A DNA stretch of 64,000 nt, taken from contig JAUCBJ010006687.1 of NCBI GenBank assembly GCA_032718475.1, positions 10,635 to 74,634 on the forward strand. The letters run 5' to 3'. Under the pieces are notes generated by a model. The model was given only the letters and a program-made list of their open reading frames with translations. It was not told where the DNA came from and made no database searches. This DNA is from Nemertoderma westbladi (Eukaryota; Animalia; Xenacoelomorpha). The position numbers and the translations under genes were made by a program. Of the stretch, positions 35,740 to 49,025 are shown one piece after another (positions within the stretch are counted from its first letter, which is position 1; each line of letters starts with the position of its first letter).

Positions 35740-38700
35740 ATGTCTGATACTAAGCAGAACCTGTCAGACAGTCTATTAGATGTAACTATCTGCGACTCAG
35801 ATAGAGGTGTAGAACCCTCTAGTCGTAAGTTCAGTTCACCTCCCACTGTGAGGAAGGTCATCCCTCCAGTAGTAATAACAGAACCTAGGCTAGTCCAACA
35901 TCGTAGGTCTATCATAGGCACCCGAGCTCAGGTCAAGCGGGACCAAGAAGCAGCGGAACAGCAACAACCCGCGAGTCAGGAGCTTGTTACTCAGCGGCCC
36001 AGCAGCTCCAGTAGTGAGGATACTGTAGAGCTGACACCCGAGCGCGGAGCAGAGATGACGGATGCGGTTTATACGGATCCCCTTCTCATCCTTCCTGCAG
36101 CCGTACTCACTAGGTTATTGATCGCGGTGGAAGAACACCAGATCGATTGGGCGAGAAGTCAACGACCAACTAGAGATAGTTATGCTGGATACACAAGGGA
36201 AGAAATGAAGTCCATGATCGAGTCGCAATGGAACTTCCCCGGACCCGGACTCCCGTTTGATTTATCAGAAGCTGCCTGGGAAGACATACACCGGATGGGA
36301 GTAGCCAAGGAAACCATCGATCCAGCTGTGTGGAAGAGGTCCGCAGCCGGATACGCACAGGGATTCTTCAGCTCTATAGAGCGATTAAAAGAACAACTGT
36401 TTCAACAACCTCAAGGACCTCAAGAGCAGGGATTGCTGCTTTATCAAGTTAGAGAAAGAATTCTACGAATCAGGCTAATCTTATCAGCCTTTGAGGAGGC
36501 TTCTAAACGAAGACAAGACACGTCGTTGCAAGTTGCCGTAAAGACTTGGTTTCAACGGGTGAGTCTCCAGGTTCAAGGAACAGCTCAGTGGAAAGCTCAG
36601 CTGGAGGAGCGATCAACCCATGGAGAATCAACAGACGCTACTTTTTCCCAAGTGGAAAGTGAAGCGACGTCAGAGAAGCCGCATAAGAGAGATGCCATTG
36701 ACATCTATCTGTCGGACTATCAACGTTTTTTAGGTGATGACGAATTGAGAAGAAGGTTAGATGGACTTAGCCCTAATAGCGAAGGAACCAAGCTTGTGTT
36801 GGATGCCATCGATGTGGAAATGAGGGCTGCGAATCAGGCTAAATTTGATGAACAACTCCGCCTGACACGAGTCCAAGAAGAACAAGTAAAGAAAAAACGT
36901 ATAGAAGACCGAAAGGCAGCGGCAGTAGCAGCAGCAGTGGCAGCTGCAGAAGCAGAAAGAAAAGCGGCAGCGGCAGAGGCAGCGGCAGAGGCAAAAGCGG
37001 CAGTAGCAGCAGCAGTGGCAGCTGCAGAAGCAGAAAGAAAAGCGGCAGCGGCAGAGGCAGCGGCAGAGGCAAAAGCGACAGTAGCAGCGGCAGTGGCAGC
37101 TGCAGAAGCAGAAAGAAAAGTGGCAGCAGCAGAGGTAGCGGCAGAGGCAAAAGCGGCGGAGGCAGTGGCAGAAGCCGAACGGAGAGCTACTGAAGAAACC
37201 ACTCAATTAGAATTGGAAAACATTCAGGAGAATCAAGACTGCATAAATAAACAGTTAACAGCCAGTAATATGCAGATGATGAATCGATCTACTCCCAAAA
37301 GACAGGGATATACATCATCTGAGGAAGGCGATATCACCGATACTGAAGGCAAAGGAAATAGATCTCGTCTAAGCAGACGTAAAAGAACATTCCACCGTCA
37401 GAAATTGCCTGATTTGCCTCCAGCTGTTAGAAGGCAACTAAATAGCACCAACTTAGGCAGTACAGAACCCACAGACCAAATAATTAAAATAGAAAGACTC
37501 CCTACTATAGTAGATGAGCCTGAAATAATTAGGCCTGTTCTCGAAATCACCCCTTCGGTGATAGACACCCCTGTACTCCCTGAAGTTACCTCTAAATTCC
37601 CTCTGCATAGCACTAAGCTACCTGTGCCCCGTAGAACTGCCCCAGAGACAGTTCAGGTCCTGGGTCCCGAGCGAAATATTCATAATTTGTCGCCCGTTGT
37701 CCATCGTCCGCCCGCTACAACGTTGGCGACTCCCGCTTCGGCGGTCGAATGGGTGGACGAGGGACGGCGGGGGATGGATATCCTGCTCGGACAGATGCAG
37801 GAGACTGTCCAGCAGTTCAAGGGCACAGTAAGGGAAAGTAGGCTAGAGTTGCAAGAAGTGCAGCAAAGTATCGCGCTAGAGCGCGATAAATTAGTAAATA
37901 CTCAAAGAGGTATACCACCACCCTCTGTAACAATGTGTCAACCTGTTAGGTCTGAAGTATCGCATGCGCAAGGTGTGGAGCCTACACGCATATATACTGC
38001 TAGCGAAGTAGAAACTCCTATAGTGAACCCTATTAAGGGTAATTATAGACCTGTTGATAATGACATTCCCTATAGACCTGATCATAATCCGAGAAATTTA
38101 TATACCGATAACTCGATATTAAATAACACGATGGCCCAAGAAAGTTTTACGCGTCAAATGGCTAGAACCGAAGCCCGGCAAGCGGTAAAGGTGGGAGAGA
38201 TCGTCAAGTTCAATGGAGATGAGATGAAATGGTTACCTTTTAATGAATATTATAAAGATAACATACAGAACTCTGTACTATCTAATGGAGAAAAACTTAG
38301 ATACCTCATCGAGTGCTTGGAAGGATCTCCCAAGTTAATGGCGTTAAAGTTTATTGGACATCCAGACGGATTAAGACAAGTTTGGGATACGCTAAACATC
38401 AGGTATGGTAATAGGAATAATATCGCTGGGTACTTGTATGCAAAATTTGTAGCGCCCCGAAAGTTTATTAGTAGCGGAATTATCGAGTTTTCCGATGAGA
38501 TCCAGGAGATCTGCAGATAATTAGATTGGCTAGGTAAGTCTCATGAGTATCAGAACACTATGGTTATTAGAGCAGTGGCTTCTACTTTACCGAAAGGTGG
38601 AGTAGGTACACGCTGGGATAAGAAAGTGTTATATATGATGGAACAACAACGACGAGACCCTACCATGGCTGATCTCATGTCATTCCTAGATGGAGAAGTG

Positions 38701-41700
38701 AAATTACAGCTCCTGAAACTGTCTAGGGAGAAGACACCGGAAAGCAAGGTAAGTGAAAAACCCGTCTCTAGGAGAAAGGTAACACCAGTGTGTTATACAG
38801 ACGACGGTGAAAGCCAGACTTCTCAAGGAGAAGATAGCGGGAAAGACACTGAGAGATCTTATTACGTAAATAAAATTCCTAAAGATCAGGTGAGTAAATT
38901 CAAGTCTCGATCAAATGACAGGAGAGAACAGGTAAGAAAAACTCCTCCTACGTCTCCCAAGAGAATTCCGGTGAGAAAGCCCGAAGAAAGGGCAAGTGTA
39001 CACAATGTGACTCAACATAAGGTAAGTAACATCAAACCAAAATGTGCGCTGTGTGACGGGATCCACCATTTGAATAGGTGTGATGAATTTCTAAAGAAAT
39101 CATTAACGGAGAGACGCGAAGTCATGTGGGATAAGCGGTTATGTTATAATTGCCTCAGACAAGGACACCAACGGCGAACCTGTTTCTCTGACATAAGGTG
39201 TGCAAAGTGTGGTGCGAAACATCATATCTTGTTGCACGCTGAATTCGATCGAAATAGTCCGAATCAGGTAAGTGATTCCGAGCTACATGTCCAATTCAGT
39301 GATGTGAACGACACTGATCAATCTGAGATGGAAGGATTCTACACAGACGAGTTCTCCGACGAAAACGAATCCTGTTACATGATAAATACCGCAGTGTATC
39401 GAGCGCTCACCTATGAAAAGGATACAGACAACGACTTCACTCTAACTACTTCTGAGCGACAACCATCTTGGAAAGAGCCATCTTCCAATGTAGGGATCCG
39501 AGAGTTTCCTGTGGTGCAAGTGAGGGTTCACGGACCTAAGAGGAGTTATGTAGTGAACGCCCTCCTTGACTCCGGTAGTACAGGAACATTCATCGACAAA
39601 GAGCTAGCCGAAGATATATTTGCTGGACAACTCAAGTTCCAAACTAAGCTCAACATGTCTGGCATAATGCAAGTTTGGAAATCTACAATCACAGCGGATT
39701 ATTATGTAGGCGCGTTGTCCACCCCACAAGACGAACTAGGAGAACACAGCATAAGGTCAGTGAAAATGGTGGCTATAAAGAACTTCGCTACTACTCAAGC
39801 AGACCTTTATAATTGGGACGAGGATGAGAGCATCCAACATCTTAACATACCTCGATTCCAGACTGATTATCCTGGAGTGCAAATACTCATCGGCCAAAAC
39901 GCGCATGAGGCGCTGGAGACATTAGAGAAACGGCCTGCTCAACCGCAGCCCCTACAGACCTATGCGGTAAGAACTAGAGTAGGTTGGTACTTTACTGGCC
40001 CTTCCCGTAGAACACTCAGAGAAAGACTACCGCCAGAGAGCGTATGCCAGGTGAGTGAATGGGAAGATGATACCAGTGAGGGAGACAACTCAACTGAGGG
40101 AATTCCATACTCCTCAGATAACGACGACGTTCACCAGCTTTTTGATGAGGAGAATACCATCGATCTCCTTAAGGAAAATGAGGCTTGGCAAAACCAAGTT
40201 AACTTATGTCAACTTCTCTATCCATCTGAACGAGAAGCTTATAACGACGAGTTAAATGACGTCATTGAGCGTTGCAATGCCAAGACTCGAGATGAACATG
40301 CTGTACGATTCTTTACGCAAGAGGCGGTAGAGCCCAATTCCTACGATAAAGCCTTGTCGGTGGAAGAGGAAAGGGCCAAGCAGATCCAAGAGACGACTAC
40401 ACGTTTCCTCAAAGATCAAGGAAGGTACGAAGTCGGTTTACCTTTTCGCAAGAGAGAACCGAAGTTCATCAATAACAGACCTTTGGCGGAAAAAAGAATC
40501 GCGCAACTCCATCGACGCCTTACGGCTAATTCTTCAGCTAAAGCAATGTATCAAACACAGCTGGAAAAATTTATTAATAAGGGATACGCGGAGAGAGTAC
40601 CGGAAGAAACACCTGTGACTGAAAGAACGTATTATTTAACTCACCATTACGTTCCTAAACCCGGTAAACCCAATGAAGTGAGAGTAGTGTTTGATGGCTC
40701 CGCTCTTTACATGGGTCAATCCCTTAACTCTGAATTGTTACCCGGACCCAACTTACTTCAATCTTTGTTGGGGATTCTTTTAAGATTGAGACAATATTCG
40801 ATTGCTTTCGCCTCCGATATAGAAGGCATGTTCTTACAAGTCAAGGTGTTAGATAGGGATCGAGATAGTCTACGATTTCTGTGGTGGCCCGAAGGAGATC
40901 TCAACCAGAAACCGGTGGAGTACTGGATGACCATCCAGGCCTTTGGGATAATCTCAAGCCCTTCCAACGCCTGTTCGGTATTGCGTACTACTGCAGAGGA
41001 CAACCGAGAGGCATTCTCTAAGGAAGTAATCGACAACACCAAGAGAGACATATACATGGACCACAATCTGAAGTCCCTCCCATCAGTTGAGGAAGCCATT
41101 GAGGTCGCTAAGGGAACGGTAGAGTGCTTAAAAAGAGGTGGATTTCGATTAACCAAATTCACCAGCAACTCCCGTGAGTTTCTGGAGTCGATCCCTGCGG
41201 AAGATCGAGGGGCGAAAGATCTCGATTTGATCAAAGATGATCTGCCAGAGACCAAGACACTCGGCTTGAAATGGGACACAGAGCGAGATATTCTGTTTTT
41301 CCAACTAAAACAGCGAGATAATCCAGTTCGAACCAAACGGATTTGCTTAAGTATACTGAGCACTTATTTCGATCCATTGGGATTTATTAGCCCAGTTATA
41401 TTGATTGCTCGTAGTTTGGTACAACAAATGTGGCTTGAAAACCATTCATGGGACGATCCACTTAAGGGGGAATTATTGAAGCAGTGGATGAAATGGGAAG
41501 ATTCGCTGCCAGCTATCGAAGATTTTATAATTTCCCGTTCATATTTTGGTCATGTTCTCCCTACGTATTCCTATCAACTCCATGTGTTTGGAGACGCCAG
41601 CGATATGGGAATCGGTATAGTAGCCTACCTAAGAGTGGAAACTCCGGATGGAATCAAAGTCGCCTTGGTTACTTCTAAGGCATTAATCAACAACAAGTTG

Positions 41701-43938
41701 AAAGTTCCTCGAGCGGAGTTAAAGGCGGCTCTATACGCTACAGCCATCGGCCGGAATGTAACCGAACAGATTGACTATACATTAGAGAAAACTGTCTATT
41801 GGACCGACGCTTTACTCGTGTTAGAGTATATAACCAATGAAGTCTGTCAGTTCAGCGTCTTCGTTACCAACAGGGTAGCCATCATACTTAGTCGCACGAC
41901 GATGGACCAATGGAGACATTGCCCCGGAACGATTAATCCAGCAGACATCGCGTCCCGAGGAGCGACTCCAAAGGAATTGGTAAATACTCCCGAATGGTTA
42001 GGAGGACCCGACTTTCTCTACAGAGAAGAAGAAGAATGGCCTCCCCATCTCACAACAGCAGAGATCAGACAGGCCAAGGGAGCGGAGAAAGTTAAACCCA
42101 AAACTCGAGCGAGTAAATCGAAGTTATTTAAACCTGCGGTTGATCTATCTGTATTATTTACTTCCGGAGAGGATGCTTTGGATCAGAAACCCACCGCCAC
42201 GACTAAAGAAGTCTTGGAAATCCGTGACAAGGATTGGAAATCTGGAATACCAGATATCTCACAAGGACTCTCACCTCTCTTGCAGCGAGCGATACGTCAC
42301 TACAGTTCCTGGAATCGGCTCTGTAAAGCTGTTACCTATTTGAAACGATGTTTTCATCATCGTTACTCCGGGACAAAGACCAATAGTGATGATGCTCCAT
42401 CAACATCTGCACGAGTCCATGTTGTTAAAGATCTTCCTAAATACAAGATATCCGACAGGTTTCTAAAGGAAAAGATCAGTTACCAGGAGCATGATGAAAC
42501 CAACAAACAGATGCTGAGACTTCTACAATGCTATGAGGATTCCGATAAGTATTTCCTGTTGTTAAGAAATCCACAGATGCGCTTAAGGGATCGCTTCTCT
42601 AGTACCATGATAGATGGGTTAATACGTGTTGGAGGTAGGCTGACCAACGCCCCATTATCCTTTGACACTAAGTTTCCCATACTCATTAGAAATCTTGATA
42701 TACAAATCAAGATAATTGTAGATGTTCATAGCAAACTGTACCATGCTGGTAGAGAACGAGTTCTGAGCGAAATTCGAACTCGCTACTATTTTTATAAACC
42801 CCGTAGGGCTCTGAACCAAGTTCTTAGGAACTGCATACCCTGTAGGAAAGCATTCAGTAGGCCTTTAACACAGCGAGAGGCAGAATTACCTAGGGAAAGA
42901 GTAAGCTTCTATGAACCACCCTTTACTAATACCGGTGTGGATTTATTTGGCCCTATTGAAGTATATCGTGCCCGGACTATAGTCAAGAGATGGTGTGTCA
43001 TCTTCGTTTGTATGACTTGTAGAGCTATCCATCTCGATATGGTAAACGATCTATCCACCAACAGCTTCGTGTTGAGTTTACGACGACAGATCGCTCGTTT
43101 CGGAACCAGTAACACGATGAGATCGGATAAGGGAACGAACTTCATTGGCGCCAACAACGAAATTCAAGCTTACGTGAAGGACTGGAACAAAAGACAGGTG
43201 GACGATCAGCTAAAGATAACAGCGTCTAGTTGGACCTTCAACGCCGCCGACGCCCCTTGGTGGGGAGGAAGTTGGGAGAGATTGATTAGGAGCATGAAGA
43301 CTGCGTTCCACTTTATTGTGCCTTGTCGCGCTTATCTCACCGACGAATTATTGCGGACGTTAATGGAGGAAATCGCCGCCTATCTCAACGAAAGACCGCT
43401 TATGCCAGTCTCTTCAAATCCTGATTCCCTGGAAGCGCTAACACCCGCGCACTTTCTACTGAAGAAACCCGTAGCCATGCTCCCACGATCGGAGATCACA
43501 GACGGAGACGAGTACTGCCGTCGAACCTGGCAACTTATGCAGTTGCTATCCCGTCGTTTCGCTGACCATTTCGAGAAACATTACCTGCCCACTCTACAAC
43601 TTCGAACTAAGTGGTTTGCGCAGCAAGAAAACGTCAGCGCTGGAGACATGGTGCTTATTGTGGACCCCGATCTCCCACGTAAGCGATGGCAAACAGGACG
43701 TATCATCGAGACTTATATCTCGAGCGATGGTTTGGTGCGATCAGTAGAGCTCGTCGTCATGCGGCGGAACTTTAAGAAACCAGGGATAGTCTTTGAGACT
43801 CAACAGCTCAATCGCCCAGTGGGTCGTTTATGTTTACTGGAAAGAGACAGAGAGCTCTCCGGAAACTATGGAAGGCAAGAAACTCTTCCCACGACCACTT
43901 CCCTAATCCAACCGACATCTAGGGACTCCCCAACTTAA
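35740..43938 (+). pseudogene. Single-frame gag-pol of BEL copy 2 (~2730 codons) with one internal stop and an RT active-site change
   Basis: ORFs 35740-38520 and 38560-43938 share a frame, split by TAA at 38518 (CAA in copy 1); YMDD is YMDH at 41053-41064; PR LLDSGS, RH HVFGDAS, IN H..H...C..C and D,D,E motifs present. Confidence 0.95.
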
Positions 43939-45586
43939 TATCGTTCGGAGTGGGCGTGTGACTCTATTATTTTATATTATTTTATTATTTTTATATTTAT
44001 GTATGTATTACTATGTAATTTTATTATAATCGTTTTATTTAATTTAGTAGAATATTATTTAGCGATTATTTTGTAGAATAGTGCAATATATTCGTGTTTA
44101 TTACGTACGTAATTACTTATATTATATTTAGTGAGACGGCGAAGAAATAATTATTTTTCTCTTTCCTTACTGTCCGTATTATATTATAAATACGTAACTA
44201 CAGTAAGATGAAATGTCCGTACTTATTAAAGTACAATAAAGCCACTACTATATTTAAGTATTATTGGTAGGCAGAGTATTAGGAATGCAAAGTTCAGATC
44301 CTCGTGTCTCGGCTAAACCAAGCTCTGGGTAGACCTTGGAAACGACTTGCCTCTTCACACTGACATTGCTTCGTGCGATATTGCTCTCATACCGTATATT
44401 AAATAATACATATAGTAGCGTGATGTCCCTTTAACAGTAGCGTATAACGCAAAATAAATCTGTTAAACCCTTTGACCATCTGTAATTCTAGTCGATTAAG
44501 ATATCGCGGCACCCACCGATATACTTGAAAGACAAATTCTAGAATCAGTGGTTAACGTCCCCAGACAAGTTCTGGACTAAATCGGTGCCCATCTCAAATA
44601 TTAATTATTTAATATTTGCAAATCTAATAAATCAAAATCTGTAAAATTCAGATCCTTCCACAATTCTAGTCAATTAAGATATCGTAGCATTTACCGATAT
44701 TCTTAAAAAAGACAATTGTCATAGAGTTAAGGATCTTGTGTCCCTAGACATGTTCTAGAATCAAAATATGTCCATTTAATTATCAAATAATAAAATTTCA
44801 GGGAATAAATTTAAATTCATGCCTTTTAATGAATTTAATAAATTGCCATTTTTACGCAATTTATAAAGTTCCCAAAATTCCATTAATTAATAGATCAAGG
44901 GAGCGGAGATTTATCTTATTATGCATATGAGTGTGCGAAAGTCTCCCAAACATAGTCAATAGCCGATAAAATTCATAAAGTCATGTATAAAACAGAACAT
45001 TGACTATTAAAGAATACTATTAAATAACATCCCAGATCTGTATGCATTGGAATCACCCTAATTCTACCGCTAGCTTTGCATAATGTCACCATAGCAACAA
45101 CCACGCTAGAATTAGAATTGAGTTAAACGAACAATAGAAAGCTTGTCCCATTGAATAGCATAGGGAATAAATAGCGTACTACTAGTATCCAAGGATACAT
45201 AATAATACAGTGACATTCTGGAAGGCATTGACTAACGGACAAATGGCCCGAATGTGCGTAGTTGTGACCAGTTGTGTGGTATTTGTGAGTTTATAGGTGA
45301 ATGTTACTGCTAAGGTGTGTTTACAGTAGCTAGTCGCAATCGTAAAAGTAACCTAACTCTCCAAGGAAAACCTGAAGTACATCTAAGCCTTTGGGACGGA
45401 CAGTTGAGTGACTTGTGCCGGTTGTCGTTGTCGTTGTGCGGCTACGTCGTTGGCGAAAGTACAGCGGCGACGACACATCGGCGCTGAGGATCTCGTACTG
45501 TCCGGGGGTTGATTGGGGTAGGCAGCGACGCCCGCTCGCCTAAATATAAACTCATTATAATATGGATAAACTCATATATAGCAGAT

Positions 45587-46990
45587 ATGACGGAGTTGAT
45601 AGAAGATGGTCTTGGTATCGGGGAGCGATATACTCTACTTTTACAAGCGTTTGTTGATAGCTTAATACGCGGCGACGTTAGTTCAACTGCTGCGGAGGAC
45701 GATGGTCGTTATATCGAACCGCCAATGTCCCAAGAGCAGCTCACGCGTGAGTTGGACTGTAGAAAATTCGCTGCTCGATATACGCAGCGTAATGGTACGT
45801 ATATGGGCTTCTTAACTACTGGTCATCCTATCGATTTACACAATACGGACTATGTCGACTATATATCCTGCCCAGCGGAGTCGGAACCATAAACTGAAAT
45901 TCGAATGCGAAAATTCTATTCGAAATCGACTCGAAAGAAAAGACACTAAAGAAACAAATGGACGCGGTAACTCCAACGTATATTTGGAATTCTTGATAGA
46001 AGCATTGTAACAACAAATAAATATCACCCGCGTTTCCCCTACCAGACGTGCGTCTTTGGTATTATTACGATAAATGTCCTAGACCCAGCCAATAAACGGA
46101 AAGACATAAACATCCACGGAAACATTGTGTTAAACACAGTTGTGCTCGTTATATTTACTGGAGTTCGAGCGAAACTTGTTTGACGTATCACCTATGCTCA
46201 CTCGGCTCGAACGATCCTGGAGTAAACCTACGATCAGAGTCCCGGAATACTCGGTCAAATTTCCTCATTCCTTAGTTGGACCTCAGACCTGCGATCCTGA
46301 TGGTGTCGCGGATCCTCGCGGACTGTATTCACTGTTCAAAGATCTAGTGCTACCCTAACAATTAATCGGTAACACTCCGACAGTGATTTCTAGCTAGCCG
46401 CCCATCTTACCTAGCCGGATTGTGACGCGGACACCTAATATCACTATCCAACCGTATGGTTGTCCCCGTTTAACGCGATACAACCCCTCATCAAGGTGAA
46501 GGAGAGCGTTGTACGAAACGAGTTAAACGCTATTCTATAAAGATCAAAAAAGAAACCTGCGTTTGTTCAGATAAACGTAAGTTATAACAGTAAGTCCAAT
46601 CGATAAACGAATTGGCTTTATCTCAATTCGATTGGGAAATCCAGAATCTCTAAGAAGTTATCGAACTTGGACGATCCTATTCTCTGCGAGAGTTTGTGGA
46701 TGAACGTATCCAGCTACGAGCGGAGGAAAATCAGCTCGAGGAGAAGCATATCGAAACGGCAGATACCTCGACCACAATCCTACACCTTCTGATGCAATCA
46801 TATTGCACCCTTCACCCAGGAGTTATGGCCCTCCTAGTAAAGTGGCTCCCCCAAAGAGAAAAAGACTCTTGCTAGCCTCAAAAAACTGCATAAACGCCGT
46901 CTGCGTAAGAAAGCCTAACTGTTCAGAGTATCTTTATGTTTTAGAAACTGTGATTTTTATATTTTATAGACTGAAAATCCCATTTTCTGG
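45587..46990 (+). pseudogene. Decayed additional ORF (ORF3) of BEL copy 2
   Basis: Pieces 45587-45892, 46140-46358 and 46803 onward are homologous to copy 1 12250-13804; multiple stops, frameshifts and a ~0.2-kb deletion near 46020. Confidence 0.6.
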
Positions 46991-46996
46991 GAGCGG

Positions 46997-48207
46997 TGTA
47001 AAAGCTTTTGCTGAATTGTCCGGTTATTTTTCCTTATTTTTCCCGTAAAGTACTCTGTAGTTGGTTTACCAGGCATAAAAAGGCCGTGTCCTTGCTGTAC
47101 TGGTGTTTTAGCGGACATAAAAGCTATTTCTTCTGTATTTGTACTTTAGAGGACATAATCCGTAATTCCGTGACGTAAAAGCTCGATACTCTTGAAAACA
47201 GTGTCGCTACCATGACGACGGCTAGCAGCTGATATTGCCACGTCGACGTTGCTTTGTTTCTCTGTTCTCTCGTTGTTCAGGTTGACCAATCAGAGCGTTT
47301 GTTGTCTCTGTGTTGGAGGTATATACAGAAACTCAGTAGTTCAGTGTTATGTTTTTGCCCAGAGCCTAAGAACCGGCTTTGGCACCTCCGTGTTTTCAGT
47401 TTTTAGTCTTACACTAGTAGGTTTAATTATAAGGACATATATCCTTTATCTACCTGGCTTTTAATCGCTGCTAACTGATCATACATACTGACTGCTGAAA
47501 CATTGCAAACTCATAACAATCAGTGTTCAGTTGTTGTTTTATACTGCTATTTACTGTCAGTTCTTCATAATATGGTTGATGAATTATTATATTTGGAATA
47601 ACGATAAATAACCCCGAAACCCAATATTCTTGATATACCGAAGGTAAGAGAGAAGGGTTACAGATAAACGATTGTGACTTATGTTAAAGTGGTTTGAAGT
47701 GAATCTAATGTTATTTGATAGACCCTACATGAGTCAGTCTGTGTTCTTTTTATATGTGACTAAAATCAGTGAAGATTGGCAGATTAGTGTGCAGTATTGT
47801 GCAGCATTGTGTATGAGTGAGTCTGTTAAAGAAGCAATTCCTAAAGAATGCGCCATATATGTGAATTATAATTAAGCCATATCGTTGTGAGTAGTTTAAG
47901 TCATAACTCTGTTTATATAGATAAAGCGCCACGTCCTAAAGGAACTGTTAATATTCCCGAAAGTGAATAATATTGTCAGAGATTATATAATACTGTCAGT
48001 CGAATAATACATTAGGCTTACATAGCAATAAAATTAAACCGTCGAACCCAATCTCCCGGGAATATCCAGCGGGTGAATGATCGCGCACAGATTGGTTTCG
48101 ACTAGTGTAGTGAATCAAATACTTGTCATAGACTAAAAACCGATTTAATATCTAGAAGACATCTTAATTTGGTGGGTTAAACTGCCAAAGGTCTGAAAGC
48201 GCGAACA
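46997..48207 (+). repeat. 3' LTR of BEL copy 2
   Basis: 1211-bp direct repeat; preceded by PPT-like GGGAGCGG at 46989-46996. Confidence 0.97.
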
Positions 48208-49025
48208 AGTGGGCCTTCCTGACCCCTGCACCATGCCAGGCTAACAGTCCTGCGTGAGTCCTTCCCACCATATGGGGTGGCAAGGTTGAACTCCCTGGAC
48301 TGCCCTGGCCACAGGCTGCAGGCTAGACACCATCCCCGTCAGCTCTCTGGGACTGAAGCTGACAGACTCGCAGTTCCGGATCTCAGTCGGCACTCGTTTT
48401 GGGTGCAGGTTGACTGAGCCCCACAGCTGTGCCCGGTGTGGCAAGGATGTTATGTCGGATGGCATTCATGGTCTTTCCTGCTCAAGGAGCCTCGGCAGAC
48501 TTGGACCAACTCAATGTTGAACAACATTGTGCGCCGGGCGCTCATCAGCTGTGACGTCCCCGCTATGCTTGAGCCACTAGGCTTGTGTAGAGGGGATGGG
48601 AAGCGAGTAGATGGCGTCACCCTGGTCCCGTAGAACTGCAGACGGTTCCTCACATTTGGCCGCGATGGTGGCGGACCCACTGGCGCCCAGCCACCTTTCC
48701 CAGACGCTATCCACTGGAGGCCACACTGCAGAGGAAGCAGAAACTCGAAATATTCGCTAGTACCAGGAACTCATGGACCGGGGCTACCTCTTCCACCCGG
48801 TAGCCTACGAGACCTTTGGCCACCCCGGCCCTGAAACATCTGAGTTCCTGAAGGAGATCGGGGCAAGACTCCACTCTGTTACCCAGGAACCCCGATCTCA
48901 CCGCTTCCTCATGCAGAAACTGGCTGTTGCCATATCCTGATCGGCAATGCGGCCTCCATTATGGGGACCGTGGACCCCTCACACACTAACAATAAGGGAC
49001 TATACGAGGTGGTCCATGGTCCCTA
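48208..49025 (+). mobile_element. 3' fragment of a CRE-like non-LTR retrotransposon (restriction-like endonuclease region), degraded
   Basis: IPVSSLGLKLTDSQFRISVGTRFG...CARCG...GIHGLSC; LNNIVRRAL...LEPLGLCRGDGKRVDGVTLVP; KY.ELMDRGYLFHPVAYETFG; GC-rich. Confidence 0.75.

Larger units (their letters stand above)
32277..48207 (+). mobile_element. Full-length BEL/Pao LTR retrotransposon, copy 2 (15.9 kb), without matching TSD
   Basis: 1211-bp LTRs with TG...CA ends; flanks are GGTTT and AGTGG; internal region colinear with copy 1. Confidence 0.97.

Noticed and set aside
38518-38520. Programmed gag/pol readthrough stop
   Set aside because: Copy 1 has CAA here and the stop falls inside Gag before the zinc knuckles, so it is a private nonsense mutation
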